Below are positions 1 through 10,194 of a DNA stretch of 64,000 nt, piece by piece. The position numbers and the translations under genes were made by a program. The notes under the pieces were generated by a model. It did not search any database, was not told where the DNA came from, and saw nothing but the letters and a program-made list of their open reading frames with translations. Positions within the stretch are counted from its first letter, which is position 1. Each line of letters begins with the position of its first letter. The stretch covers positions 1 to 64,000 of IMG/VR virus record IMGVR_UViG_3300010354_000065; one strand, written 5' to 3'. This stretch comes from a virus.

Positions 1-20
1 GGACTGACTTGAAATGGCAT
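1..20 (-). CDS. gp18: Tail sheath protein, N-terminus only (runs off window)
   Basis: Reverse complement reads ATG CCA TTT CAA GTC AGT CC = MPFQVSP, the typical T4-like sheath N-terminus; GGAG-containing SD upstream; follows gp17 as in T4 gene order. Confidence 0.8.
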
Positions 21-73
21 GTCTATTCTCCCCTCTGAGGTTTTTTATTTGTAGAAATTAGGGTAATCGATGG

Positions 74-81
74 TATTTATA
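74..81 (-). promoter_or_regulatory. T4-type late promoter TATAAATA upstream of gp18
   Basis: Plus-strand tatttata = TATAAATA on the minus strand, in the gp17-gp18 intergenic region. Confidence 0.85.
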
Positions 82-99
82 TTTTTGGGGATTCTAATT

Positions 100-1773
100 T
101 CAATGGAATGCTGCTTCGTATTTTGCCATCATCCGCGAGTCATAGTCATCATCGCCTGCAAAAATCCACGAATCGTCACCTTTTTTTGCCGCAAGCATCA
201 TTGGATTATCAATACCGCCTCTATCAATAATACCAATAGGCATCATACTTTCTTCTAAAGCGTCTTCTGTTTCTTCTTCTAATTTTTGGCGCAGGTCGAC
301 ACTCGTTAGTTCTTTTACATATGTTTGTCCCATTGCCCATGCAAAAAGAACACAACACATGACCATATCGTCATGGCCCTCTTCTGCTTCATAGCTTTCG
401 CCAATATTTACAAAACGGAAGAGTTCATACAATATTCTATCATCATTGAGTATGAGCTTATCTGACTCCACTTGCGTCTTTAATCCCATACAACCAATAC
501 GTTTAACTGCTTTCGTTGTACGTACACCTAATCTTGCCTGTTGACCAAATCCTGGTGATATCATTTGTCCACTCCTACCATTATTGATAGTAGTCAGGAC
601 ATTTTCATACTCAAGATCATGCTGCAAAATATTTGCTATCTGCTCTCCAATATCATTTGTTTCCACTAACACATATGCATTGTTATAATGTTTTGCAAGT
701 TGGAAAACAATGTTTGGATACAACATAGAAGATATCATATTGTTCTTGTATGTTGCAGCTACTCTATATGGCAATTCTGAAACATCAAATACAACAAAAG
801 CCGAGTAATCTCCTTCAACCCCTCGAGCTGTATCTACAACTGAGAAATATTGACGGCCAGGTACAGGCTGTGCAAAAATTCTTGTATCAGGATTACTTAA
901 TATAGGTGTGGTAGCGCGTAGCATTCTAAGCTTTGTAGCGCTGATTAACGTATGCGACGAACCTACGAACTCACATTCAAATTCAACACGGAACTGATCT
1001 TCCGATGTGTTGCGTATAGTCTCTTGCTTCCACTTTTCATCGCGGCCTGGCATCTGACTCCAGTGCACATCGATACGTGTATAATTGTTTTTACCTTCTT
1101 CACTATCAACCCATAGCTTGTAAAACATATTCAAGCCATTAGGTGTAGATGTAATCAATACTTTCGACGTTGTACCGGAAGAAATGGTAGGATAGACAGA
1201 TGCAAAGAAGTCTTCCTGCATATTATTTTCAACGAATGCAAACTCATCGAGATATACTAAGTTGAAAGATCCACCACGAATAGCCGATGAAGATGTTGCA
1301 GAAGCAAGAATCTTTGATCCGTTTTCTAACTCAATATTTCCTTTGTTCCATTCAACGATACCTTGCTGAAGCCATTTAGGTAAGTGTTCGTATGCTAACT
1401 GAATACGTGAAAGGATCTCTCGTGCTTGCTGTAACTTATGAGCTAAGATAGCAACGCTGTAGTTTTGATGGAACAATATGTACCATAGCATCACACCAAC
1501 AATTGTTGTTGTCTTACCGCACTGACGCGGCATCTTACATATTACGAAACGGTCTTCAACCGCAGTCTCAACAATGTTGCGCTGATAATCATAGAGATTA
1601 AAGTTAACAAGACCCTTGTCAATGTTAACAATTTTTACATACTTTTCAACGAAGTAAACAGGATCTTGTGCACATTTCATCCATTCTTGGACCTGCTCAG
1701 GCGTCCAAGCATGTTTAACATTTGATCGTTTTAGGTTCTGATTACCAAGATACGATTCACTTAGCTTGCTCAT
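100..1773 (-). CDS. gp17: Terminase large subunit
   Basis: Walker A-like PRQCGKTT, Walker B LVYLDEFAF, TSTPNG motif, nuclease DTARG and HDDMV motifs. Confidence 0.97.
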   Translation of the reverse strand: MSKLSESYLGNQNLKRSNVKHAWTPEQVQEWMKCAQDPVYFVEKYVKIVNIDKGLVNFNLYDYQRNIVETAVEDRFVICKMPRQCGKTTTIVGVMLWYILFHQNYSVAILAHKLQQAREILSRIQLAYEHLPKWLQQGIVEWNKGNIELENGSKILASATSSSAIRGGSFNLVYLDEFAFVENNMQEDFFASVYPTISSGTTSKVLITSTPNGLNMFYKLWVDSEEGKNNYTRIDVHWSQMPGRDEKWKQETIRNTSEDQFRVEFECEFVGSSHTLISATKLRMLRATTPILSNPDTRIFAQPVPGRQYFSVVDTARGVEGDYSAFVVFDVSELPYRVAATYKNNMISSMLYPNIVFQLAKHYNNAYVLVETNDIGEQIANILQHDLEYENVLTTINNGRSGQMISPGFGQQARLGVRTTKAVKRIGCMGLKTQVESDKLILNDDRILYELFRFVNIGESYEAEEGHDDMVMCCVLFAWAMGQTYVKELTSVDLRQKLEEETEDALEESMMPIGIIDRGGIDNPMMLAAKKGDDSWIFAGDDDYDSRMMAKYEAAFH

Positions 1774-2146
1774 TTTGCTTCTTTATCAACTGTTGGAGTT
1801 CTGCTGTACTACCAACAAAAAGGTTGTTGTTGACAGTAGTAGGAGCAGGACCAATACCAGTCAAATCTTTTTTTCGTTTCTGCAGCTCGAGCAAGTCTTT
1901 GTTAGCATCAGCTACCGTCTTGAGTAACGTTGCAACTACTTCATATGCTCGCGGATGTTGAGACATACCCGCAACTGTTACAATATCAGCTAACGCATTT
2001 TGACCTTGCTCAATAGCGTCAATAAGGTTCTTGCGAGCAAACTCAAAATCATCTACAACTTGATTATCCTCAAAGCGCTGGACTGCTGGTAGCGTCGAAG
2101 GTAAGGGAGCTAAATCAAGTGTTTGTGCAATTGGATCATTATTCAT
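1757..2146 (-). CDS. gp16: Terminase small subunit
   Basis: DDFEFARKNL, HPRAYEV and NNNLFVGSTAELQ motifs; immediately upstream of gp17. Confidence 0.92.
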   Translation of the reverse strand: MNNDPIAQTLDLAPLPSTLPAVQRFEDNQVVDDFEFARKNLIDAIEQGQNALADIVTVAGMSQHPRAYEVVATLLKTVADANKDLLELQKRKKDLTGIGPAPTTVNNNLFVGSTAELQQLIKKQNEQAK

Positions 2147-2948
2147 TTGGGTTTGTTACCGTTACAATATATCCATAATTATCATCTGACTCAATCAAGT
2201 CAATTGAAATACTAGCTTCACTATTCGATGTCGGAGAACCGTTAGCCAATAGTCCGGGGCGTACATCAACACTTGCCAAATGAGTGTTTGGAGTTGTCGT
2301 ATAGTTGTATATATTAGTGTTCGCAAATTTTATAATGCCCTGCTTTCTCACAGGACCAAACATATACGCTTTCATTGTAAAATCTAATGTCCAAACAATA
2401 GCTCTACGGTTTAAAAAGTCACCTTCATACTCATCACTACACGAAACACGTTCCAAAACAACAGGAATATCAACTATATGGCCCATCTCTGGAATTATTT
2501 CGACAGTAGTTGTCCACTCTGGTGTAAAGAATGGTAGTATTTGTTCTACGATGTTTGCACCCTCATCTGCATGTTTAGTTATAATGTATAAAGTGAATGC
2601 TAAATCATATGGAACAGGATTGTACTGGTAGTTCAGTTGGTTCGGATTGTCCGGATCTTTTTTGACTCTTTTACCCAACGTGTTTAGTTTTCGTGATGTA
2701 GCATAACTTAGCGACGTCATCTCAAAAGCCATACGCGGTAGCGTTATGGCTGGCATCCTGTTAAGTTCAGGATCTCCAGTCACGCGAGCGAGTACTTTTT
2801 CTTTTGGTCCGTAAGAAATAGGAACTTTTATGGTTTCATACATTTCTGAATCAGGATCATATCTATTCAAGTAAACATCGTTGAATAGTGTTCCAAAAAC
2901 AGCTACATACTTCCTTATGACACTATGGTAAAAAACATGACCAAACAT
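2139..2948 (-). CDS. gp15: Tail sheath stabilizer / tail terminator
   Basis: FYH..IRKYV..FGTLFN, KVPISYGPKEK, LPRMAFE and EQILPFFTPE motifs; synteny. Confidence 0.93.
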   Translation of the reverse strand: MFGHVFYHSVIRKYVAVFGTLFNDVYLNRYDPDSEMYETIKVPISYGPKEKVLARVTGDPELNRMPAITLPRMAFEMTSLSYATSRKLNTLGKRVKKDPDNPNQLNYQYNPVPYDLAFTLYIITKHADEGANIVEQILPFFTPEWTTTVEIIPEMGHIVDIPVVLERVSCSDEYEGDFLNRRAIVWTLDFTMKAYMFGPVRKQGIIKFANTNIYNYTTTPNTHLASVDVRPGLLANGSPTSNSEASISIDLIESDDNYGYIVTVTNPNE

Positions 2949-3700
2949 TAGTATGTTCCTTCACTAAATGGATCACGTTCAGTGAAATCGATGATACCAT
3001 CAGCAACAACCTCTATTTCATCGTTGGAAGCTTCTGGTGCATTCTCATCAATGTCATACTTTTCTTGTAATAACGGATATCCGTCTTCCGTTGTAATAAA
3101 GTAGTTATCCTCAGTTTTAATACCAAATATACTCATCCCTAGTGAATAATTGTTCATTAAACGGTCTACTTCAGGTATACCAGTATCAAAAACCTCGTTG
3201 TTATATTCAAACAACTCACACTTTAAGTCATACATCTGTAACGAACCCATTTGATAAAACACAGGCTCTTGCTCAACAAATCTTATTTCAAATATCTTTT
3301 TGTTGAATGGGAAGTATATCAAATCTCCTTCTTGTGGACGTTCACGTTCGAGGTTAGTATCTGATAGATCCAATGTTGGAAAAGCTGCAACCACTTCATT
3401 AGAAAATGTACGTCGTGCTACGGTAAAAGTTATTTGATCTCGTATCTCAAGATTGAACTTTGAGAGAAACTCACCATCTCCAGCGAATCCCTCAACATTC
3501 TTTACATACATTTCAATGGGTATAGATGTCAGATATGAACGACCTTTATCTTCGTTAAAGATAGTATCAACACTACCTGTTTTTCTTGGTAAGTAGATAA
3601 CATCAAGACCGTATATCTTGATTGATTCAATAATCAAATCTTCAACGAGAGTTTGCTCTTGACTATTGAAAAAATTATTAAAGAAAAAGTTAGTCGCCAT
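2948..3700 (-). CDS. gp14: Neck protein
   Basis: EQTLVEDLIIESIKIYG, YLPR, RPQEGDLIYFP and DFTERDPFSE motifs. Confidence 0.93.
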   Translation of the reverse strand: MATNFFFNNFFNSQEQTLVEDLIIESIKIYGLDVIYLPRKTGSVDTIFNEDKGRSYLTSIPIEMYVKNVEGFAGDGEFLSKFNLEIRDQITFTVARRTFSNEVVAAFPTLDLSDTNLERERPQEGDLIYFPFNKKIFEIRFVEQEPVFYQMGSLQMYDLKCELFEYNNEVFDTGIPEVDRLMNNYSLGMSIFGIKTEDNYFITTEDGYPLLQEKYDIDENAPEASNDEIEVVADGIIDFTERDPFSEGTY

Positions 3701-3701
3701 G

Positions 3702-4445
3702 TTACCCTATCATATCTGCAACGGGTAATGAATAATTGAGAATCATATCTTTTTCCATTTTCTCAATTTCTTCTTTAGCATCGTTCATAATCTTTTCACC
3801 GTTGAATTGCAATCCACCTGGTAGCTGCATACCAATAAATTTTGTAAGATTTGAGCCCCACTGATACTTGATCTTTTGTGTACAATAATTTTGCAACCAG
3901 CGATCAGACCATATTTCAGAAAACGTATCTGGATCTAGAACTTCATAGGCTTCAACTAAAAGATAATCGCCTACGTTATAATTGTCCCACTTCGTGTCTA
4001 CGTATAAACGATCGCGGTGACGACTATATCTAATTGGTTGTTGTCCGACTAAGAACTCAGATATCAGCGCTAAATGTTGCATAGCCATATAGTAAGGTAT
4101 CATTGAATATGCTGTCAAAGTATATAAATCATTCAATGCTATTTGGTATCTGATATTAAATAAGTCGTCAGAACGAATAGAAGGATCCCCAATAGGGAAC
4201 ACACGTACAGCGCCTATAATATTTTCCGGCAATGTGATGTATTTGTTTGCTTTGTCTTCTGATGTTATAGCATGTTTATAATAAACTTTTTCTGTGCCAT
4301 CAAAATGATAGTCCCAATAGTAACGAAGAGACTCGTCGATACGATCTTCAACCTGATCATCATCAACGTTAATTTCTATAACAGGTTTTCCTAAAGCACG
4401 AAGACAATATTCTTTAAATTCTGCGCGTGAGGTTGGTACGGCCAT
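3702..4445 (-). CDS. gp13: Neck protein
   Basis: EYCLRALGKPVIEINVDDDQ and QWGSNLTKF..LPGG motifs. Confidence 0.94.
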   Translation of the reverse strand: MAVPTSRAEFKEYCLRALGKPVIEINVDDDQVEDRIDESLRYYWDYHFDGTEKVYYKHAITSEDKANKYITLPENIIGAVRVFPIGDPSIRSDDLFNIRYQIALNDLYTLTAYSMIPYYMAMQHLALISEFLVGQQPIRYSRHRDRLYVDTKWDNYNVGDYLLVEAYEVLDPDTFSEIWSDRWLQNYCTQKIKYQWGSNLTKFIGMQLPGGLQFNGEKIMNDAKEEIEKMEKDMILNYSLPVADMIG

Positions 4446-4464
4446 AGCTCCTCCTTTATTGTAA

Positions 4465-4472
4465 TATTTAGG
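4465..4472 (-). promoter_or_regulatory. Possible late promoter variant (CCTAAATA) for gp13
   Basis: TAAATA core about 20 nt upstream of the gp13 ATG, followed by an AGGAGG SD. Confidence 0.5.
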
Positions 4473-5100
4473 CTATTCGCGTACCACTCTCATTGTATAC
4501 ACGGAAGGCTGTGTTTTGTGTTGTATTGTCGTTGAATGTTAACTTATCGTTGCTAGTTATTTTAACTACTGAACCATTAGCAATAAACATCGAATTAACC
4601 TGCAATGAGCCACTGACATTTGCGGTTCCCTCAACACGAACTGTTGAGTCGGTGTTTTCTGTAAGAGTACCAAAGACAGCTTTACCGGTATTAGATATTA
4701 TTAAGCCAGGAGTAACACTTCCATCGTTATGTTGCGTGAATACTCTGAACAGCGCGTTTACACCAGCCCCACCAAAAACATCTATGTTCCATGTATTATT
4801 TGCTTGAGTGGTTATACTATTTGCGAGATTGTTTCCATACCCTAAAACAATTTGACCGCCTTCTGTAGCACCACCTACGGCAACTAGCTGAGGTGCTCGA
4901 GCATATGTATTTGTGGTTAGAGAAGAAAGTCGAGCACCTATTTCAATTAACGCAGAGCCATTTGACGAATACAAAACGCCATCAGGGAGATTGAGAGCTA
5001 ACTCTCCATCTGTTATGTACTGCGAGTTGGCTACATTTGTGGTATTGGGTGTTCTGCCAGCTACAGTTGAACGTTTAACCTGAATTAGAATATCCGACAT
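4468..5100 (-). CDS. Fibre/whisker-like virion protein
   Basis: N-terminal IQVKRS...DGELALN module typical of phage fibre proteins; beta-rich and S/T/N-rich. Confidence 0.6.
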   Translation of the reverse strand: MSDILIQVKRSTVAGRTPNTTNVANSQYITDGELALNLPDGVLYSSNGSALIEIGARLSSLTTNTYARAPQLVAVGGATEGGQIVLGYGNNLANSITTQANNTWNIDVFGGAGVNALFRVFTQHNDGSVTPGLIISNTGKAVFGTLTENTDSTVRVEGTANVSGSLQVNSMFIANGSVVKITSNDKLTFNDNTTQNTAFRVYNESGTRIA

Positions 5101-5108
5101 TGAACTTC

Positions 5109-5519
5109 CTATCCGTTATCAGCCATTATTTCTTCAGCCTTTTTCTTCATCTTTTCAGCTTTTTGACGTTGTGCTTCTTTTTCTAAGGTTAACTTATTAA
5201 TCTGTTTCTGAAGCAAATCAATTTTTTCTTTTTGTTCATTATTAACTTTTACAGTTTGCTGAAGCTCTTTTTCTTTCTGCTGCAACATAATGATATCTTT
5301 TTTCTGATTTTCAATGAGCTGATTCATTGCTTTGTTTTGTTCTTCAAGTGAATCTGCTTTTAATTTATATTCGTGCAAAGCTTTTTCAAACTCGGTAACT
5401 TGTTGTAACTTTCTTTCTGTTACAACTAGCTTTGCATCAAGCATAATATTTTTTGCCATAATCTCATTAATTGTCTCGCGTTGCTTTTCAACATAAGCAT
5501 TAATCAATTCAACTTCCAT
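5109..5519 (-). CDS. Coiled-coil hypothetical protein
   Basis: 136 aa E/K/Q-rich helical ORF with a GAGG SD, inside the late operon. Confidence 0.6.
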   Translation of the reverse strand: MEVELINAYVEKQRETINEIMAKNIMLDAKLVVTERKLQQVTEFEKALHEYKLKADSLEEQNKAMNQLIENQKKDIIMLQQKEKELQQTVKVNNEQKEKIDLLQKQINKLTLEKEAQRQKAEKMKKKAEEIMADNG

Positions 5520-5535
5520 AATAACCTCTCAAATT

Positions 5536-7650
5536 TTAAAAAGCTCCACCATCCAAAGTGCTGTAAATAAGAGCTGATCCATTACTTTGTAACACTTGTC
5601 CTGCCGTTCCTAAAGATAAGGTTCTGAACCCGTTACTACTATTTGCTACAAGTATTTGCTCTGCTGTTAAAGCACTCAATCCTGTACCACCCGAAGTTCC
5701 TGCAAGCGGAGTAGACAACGTCAAGGTGTTAGCTACAATAGCAACGTTTAAAGTACTGTTTGCTGTTAGAGCTATAGTAGTAGAATTAGCTATTAAGCCA
5801 GTTAATCCGGATCCGCCAGTTTTTAAGAATGTCTGTAATGTAGCAAATGCAAAAGTAACATTGGCCGTGTCTACTGTTGTAGTCGGTGATACTTCTAATC
5901 CCTCAAAAAGCTTCCACGTACCAGAATCGCTTGCATCTCTAAACAAACCAGTATGTTCGTGAGTACCTGCATCGCCAGCTTCATAACTACCAAACAAACC
6001 AATGTCAAGCACGTCAGACAACGTATTGTTGGCTGCCAACTGAATCATTGGGTCTGTAATTGTAATATTATTTGCACTAACAGTTGTAAGAGTACCTGTT
6101 ACTGTTAAGTTACCACTTATTGTTGTATCACCAACGGACAGAGAATTGGCCGTTAAGTGGCCGGTAACATTAGCAAAACCAGTAACAGTTGTATTACCAG
6201 CTGCAAGAGTGGTACCTATAGTTGCTGCACCACCAACCTGCAAAGTGGTTGTAACATTAGCAAAACCAGTAACAGTTGTATTACCAGCTGCAAGAGTGGT
6301 ACCTATAGTTGCTGCGCCACCAACCTGCAACGAAGATGTTACGTTAGCGAAACCTGTTACTGTTGTATTGCCAGTAGCAAGTGTATTGTTTATCGTCGCA
6401 GCTCCATTGACAGTAGCTGCACCAACAACATTGAGAGTCGATGATACGTTAGCAAATCCTGTGATGGTTGTGTTACCAGCAGCGAGCGTTGTTCCTACTG
6501 TTGCTGCTCCTCCAACTTGTAGAGTTGTTGTGACGTTTGCAAAACCAGTAACAGTCGTGTTGCCTGTACCCAACGTATTTGCTATTGTTACGGCACCGTT
6601 TACCGTTAATGTACTACGTAAATTAACAGCTCCACCTACATTAGCAGTAGAGGAAATATTTGCGAATCCTGTGATGGTTGTGTTGCCAGTAGCAAGTGTA
6701 TTCGCTATTGTTACAGCACCGTTTACTGTTAAGGTATCACGTAACGTTGTTGCGCCGCCAACATTTGCTGTCGAGGAGATATTGGCAAATCCGGTGATTG
6801 TAGTATTACCACCAGCTACTGTGCCATCAACCTTTAAACTTGATGATGTAAGTATTGAATTGACCGTAGCATTACCAATAAACAACGCACTTGTATTGAC
6901 AGTAACATTTGAACCGACAACCGCTGACGTCGAAACGTTTGAGGTATAGCCTCTGAATTCACCAGCAACCTGTACTATAGAACCATTGACAATGGTACCT
7001 GTTACAGTTAGTTGTGACGAATTAGATGTTACGTTGACAGATGAGTTGCCAATACTAATACCGCTTGTACTGACGTTTACATTGGCACCAGCATTGAATC
7101 CTGTTGCATTAACAATATTTGTCGTACCATTAAGTACAATCGATCCAATTGCTAATGAATCTGTGGTTGTATCGTATGTGAATTGCGCATCGCTAGTCAA
7201 ACCGCCAGACGAGTTACCAAAAGCAACCTGTGTCGCTCCAACAACTCCAACACGTGTATCAACATAGGTTTTGACCGCCCATGAAGATACAAGCTCGGTA
7301 TTTGATCCGCCTGCTGATGCTCCAAGCTGAGACGAATTTGCAAATAGTGATATGGATGTTACGTTTGTTGTTGTACCATCATTGCCAACAACAAGCTTGT
7401 TTGTACGCCACTCTGTGACGTAACTATTTCCATTAGTTATGACAACAGCATTGGCTGTAAGTGCTCCTGGTGTTCCTGTATTTGATTGATGTAACCAAAG
7501 ATAGTTACCCCCACCAATACGTATAACATTACTTGCATTACCACCAATGAACAATGAATTTGAATTAAACGAATACGCTAATTCACCTTCCGCAAGAGAC
7601 ACTGGTATTGCTGTCTCATCACTTCGTTTGATCTGAATTAAGTTAGACAT
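5536..7650 (-). CDS. Fibre protein with ~30-aa GNTT(V/I)TGFANV repeats
   Basis: IQIKRS..EGELAYS N-terminal module, tandem beta-repeats, C-terminal LDGGAF. Confidence 0.7.
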   Translation of the reverse strand: MSNLIQIKRSDETAIPVSLAEGELAYSFNSNSLFIGGNASNVIRIGGGNYLWLHQSNTGTPGALTANAVVITNGNSYVTEWRTNKLVVGNDGTTTNVTSISLFANSSQLGASAGGSNTELVSSWAVKTYVDTRVGVVGATQVAFGNSSGGLTSDAQFTYDTTTDSLAIGSIVLNGTTNIVNATGFNAGANVNVSTSGISIGNSSVNVTSNSSQLTVTGTIVNGSIVQVAGEFRGYTSNVSTSAVVGSNVTVNTSALFIGNATVNSILTSSSLKVDGTVAGGNTTITGFANISSTANVGGATTLRDTLTVNGAVTIANTLATGNTTITGFANISSTANVGGAVNLRSTLTVNGAVTIANTLGTGNTTVTGFANVTTTLQVGGAATVGTTLAAGNTTITGFANVSSTLNVVGAATVNGAATINNTLATGNTTVTGFANVTSSLQVGGAATIGTTLAAGNTTVTGFANVTTTLQVGGAATIGTTLAAGNTTVTGFANVTGHLTANSLSVGDTTISGNLTVTGTLTTVSANNITITDPMIQLAANNTLSDVLDIGLFGSYEAGDAGTHEHTGLFRDASDSGTWKLFEGLEVSPTTTVDTANVTFAFATLQTFLKTGGSGLTGLIANSTTIALTANSTLNVAIVANTLTLSTPLAGTSGGTGLSALTAEQILVANSSNGFRTLSLGTAGQVLQSNGSALIYSTLDGGAF

Positions 7651-7874
7651 TAAAAGCTTCCCCCGTCTAAATCTAGTTGCTTAACAACATATTTGTCTGT
7701 CGTTGGATCATAAACAAGGGTTGCATTTGCAGCCGTATTTGCACTATCAGGCACCACATCTATTAAAGTATCTAGGCGTCTGTTGAGATCAGCTAGCACT
7801 TCATTTTTCAGCGTTATGGTATTTACCGGCTGGATAGCTCCACCACTCAATCTTACCTTTATCGCAGCAGTCAT
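7650..7874 (-). CDS. Small virion-associated protein
   Basis: 74 aa, ends in LDGGSF like the adjacent fibre; translationally coupled. Confidence 0.55.
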   Translation of the reverse strand: MTAAIKVRLSGGAIQPVNTITLKNEVLADLNRRLDTLIDVVPDSANTAANATLVYDPTTDKYVVKQLDLDGGSF

Positions 7875-8197
7875 CTCGTTACCCTTGGCGTTACAGTTAC
7901 TATACCTTCAATTACTCTTGAAGTAATGTTATTAGACGTAAGGACTACATCATAAACATATCTTCCAGCAACAATATTCGCAGTCTGCGTATCTGTCAAA
8001 GAAAGTACAACCTCACCTAGGCTTTCATTTAATGTAACAGTAAAAGCTACCGAGTTAGACGAAGAGTAAGTCTTCCTCATCTGCGCGTTAGCTGTAAATC
8101 CTGTTAACGACACCTGATTGTCATCCACATCCGTCAACATAATAGTTGTGGAATAATCTGTGCCTTGATCAATAATTAGGTTTGCTTTTATAGCCAT
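7871..8197 (-). CDS. Conserved T4-like virion structural protein (Ig/BppU-like)
   Basis: ANLIIDQGTD, AQMRK, GRYVYDV and RVIEG..TVTP motifs; has its own late promoter. Confidence 0.7.
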   Translation of the reverse strand: MAIKANLIIDQGTDYSTTIMLTDVDDNQVSLTGFTANAQMRKTYSSSNSVAFTVTLNESLGEVVLSLTDTQTANIVAGRYVYDVVLTSNNITSRVIEGIVTVTPRVTR

Positions 8198-8224
8198 ATG
8201 ATAGACTGTTTAGTTGTTCGTTGG

Positions 8225-8232
8225 TATTTATA
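8225..8232 (-). promoter_or_regulatory. T4-type late promoter TATAAATA
   Basis: Exact consensus 28 nt upstream of the ORF start at 8197. Confidence 0.85.
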
Positions 8233-8244
8233 TAACCCAAAATG

Positions 8245-8835
8245 TTATGGTTTCCCTATCACCATAAACCGATTTTTACGACCTAAACTCTTCCTTGCTC
8301 TAAAAAAAACACGGTTTAAACCTAGTTTACTTACAAAGTCGTCTGTTGAGTGTGAGACGTTTACATGACCAGGGTCTTTCTCCTCATCACACGACTGCAA
8401 TACAAATAAAGTGTTTGGTCCTTCTTTAAGCATCTCTTTGTACCACATCATATGTTCACAGGATGTGTTTATGACAATGTCAGCATTAAAATGTATGTAA
8501 TTTGTTGTCGCATCAAAGTGATGAAAACTTATGTTTTTTTGAGTATGCAACTGAGTCGCAACATTTAAACACCGTTTATCAATATCATTAAAGTGTATAT
8601 GAGAAGGGTTAATGTACTCGTTTAACAAAGGCACCAAATAACTCCCATACCATCCACCCAGTATAAGTATGGTAGGAGCTTGTTTATAATTTTGTTTACT
8701 TAGCGCTTCCACTAGCCACGTCTTTGATTCTAGTTGTGTTTGACTAAACGAATTAGCAAAATCAAACACATCTAACCCTGTCGAAACACCTTCTCTTAAT
8801 ATGTTTGAAATTTTAGTCAAGTATTGAATATCCAT
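8245..8835 (-). CDS. Class I SAM-dependent methyltransferase-like protein
   Basis: ILILGGWYG motif I, acidic DID at the end of beta2, DIVINTSCEHM. Confidence 0.7.
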   Translation of the reverse strand: MDIQYLTKISNILREGVSTGLDVFDFANSFSQTQLESKTWLVEALSKQNYKQAPTILILGGWYGSYLVPLLNEYINPSHIHFNDIDKRCLNVATQLHTQKNISFHHFDATTNYIHFNADIVINTSCEHMMWYKEMLKEGPNTLFVLQSCDEEKDPGHVNVSHSTDDFVSKLGLNRVFFRARKSLGRKNRFMVIGKP

Positions 8836-9574
8836 GGAACCACTCGTTATACTATGTGTGAAGCTGGGATCAAAATATCATAGCCAGCTGGTGAATAATT
8901 TATATATCATGTGTGAAAAGACCATTACTCGTCCGTTCACAATGTTTTGTTATACAGACAACTACGAAGGCATAGACAAAAGAGTAAATATCGTCGAATA
9001 CGTAGAAAACAATTTTGACATTTTAGTGTATAATAAAATGTTTTTGTTTAGCAAAACGTTTAACGATCACTTACCTGACGGAGATAGATTATATTTTGAT
9101 TTAGATCTGATCATTAAATCAAACATAGATGATATAGTCAGTTACCAACAAGGTGATTTAACACTCATTGAGGCTGAATGGCGGCCGAGATGGGATTACG
9201 GGTTTCCTGTATTTCACCATCCATTCAACAGTAGCTGTATGACATGGAAAACAAAAAACGTTCAAAAAATATGGGATTATGTAATAAGAGACCCCGAACA
9301 TTTTATGACAAAATACAGATGGGGGATGGATTCTTTCTTATTTTACGAGAAGGAAAGTATAGGAGTTAATATACAATACTTTCCCTGCCGTAAATTTTAC
9401 TCTGCTTTATTTGGTATTGATATAGCAGAAAACTTGATATATGATCCGATCGAACTTGCATATAGAGAAAGCAAATTAAAGCATGTTGCAGACAAGATAC
9501 CCATTGTGTTGTTAAATGGACCAACAACACCAGATCATTACAACCATCTCTTCAAAAAGTATCACGCATCCTGA
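8834..9574 (+). CDS. GT-A fold glycosyltransferase
   Basis: CVKLGSKY N-terminus, FCYTD, LYFDLD (DxD) and NSSCM motifs. Confidence 0.75.
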   Translation: MEPLVILCVKLGSKYHSQLVNNLYIMCEKTITRPFTMFCYTDNYEGIDKRVNIVEYVENNFDILVYNKMFLFSKTFNDHLPDGDRLYFDLDLIIKSNIDDIVSYQQGDLTLIEAEWRPRWDYGFPVFHHPFNSSCMTWKTKNVQKIWDYVIRDPEHFMTKYRWGMDSFLFYEKESIGVNIQYFPCRKFYSALFGIDIAENLIYDPIELAYRESKLKHVADKIPIVLLNGPTTPDHYNHLFKKYHAS

Positions 9575-10194
9575 ATATCCTCACACATACTAGTCCACAT
9601 TCCTTCATGAGGGATGATATAACCAAGCGTGAGTCTTTCTTCTTCATGTGCACTAGCGCAATGCCAGTAAATTTTATCAGGCTCATGCCATGGACCATAG
9701 TAACCAACTTTGCAAGTCCACCCTGGCGAATCTTGCATTGTCACTATCTCCTTTGTGATTGGATCTTGGTACCTAAAAAAACCAGTACCCTTCTCTGACC
9801 ATGAAAGGAGGATATTATATCCAGGTGCGTTAGCATTGTGGTGCCAACCCATATATCCACCCTTCGGATATAACATCTTCACCGCGTTGTTTCTTGATCC
9901 AGACCAATTCAAAAGATCGTGATCTAATTTAATTAATGCTTGAGCTACTGATTGATGAGGTGGAGTAAATCTCATTAGGTCAACGCCACGTGTTTTTTCC
10001 GGAAAACCATCAACCTTTTTACCTTGCATATGAAGTAAGTACTCCGTACCACAAGCATATTCAGGCGTAACAGGCCCGTCCTTTCCAACGCCAGCATCGT
10101 ATGGATATTTTGAACGATCTACCTTTAAGAGCACCTGCAACCAATCATCTAAGATTTGTTTAAGCTCTGGATTGTTTATTTGGATCTCTTTCAT
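9562..10194 (-). CDS. Cupin / 2OG-Fe(II) oxygenase-like protein
   Basis: YPKGGYMGWHHN ... YWHCA ... R pattern of a double-stranded beta-helix oxygenase. Confidence 0.6.
   Translation of the reverse strand: MKEIQINNPELKQILDDWLQVLLKVDRSKYPYDAGVGKDGPVTPEYACGTEYLLHMQGKKVDGFPEKTRGVDLMRFTPPHQSVAQALIKLDHDLLNWSGSRNNAVKMLYPKGGYMGWHHNANAPGYNILLSWSEKGTGFFRYQDPITKEIVTMQDSPGWTCKVGYYGPWHEPDKIYWHCASAHEEERLTLGYIIPHEGMWTSMCEDIQDA

Noticed and set aside
100-1773. Intein or intron in the terminase
   Set aside because: The ORF is continuous and of normal length, with no splice motifs.
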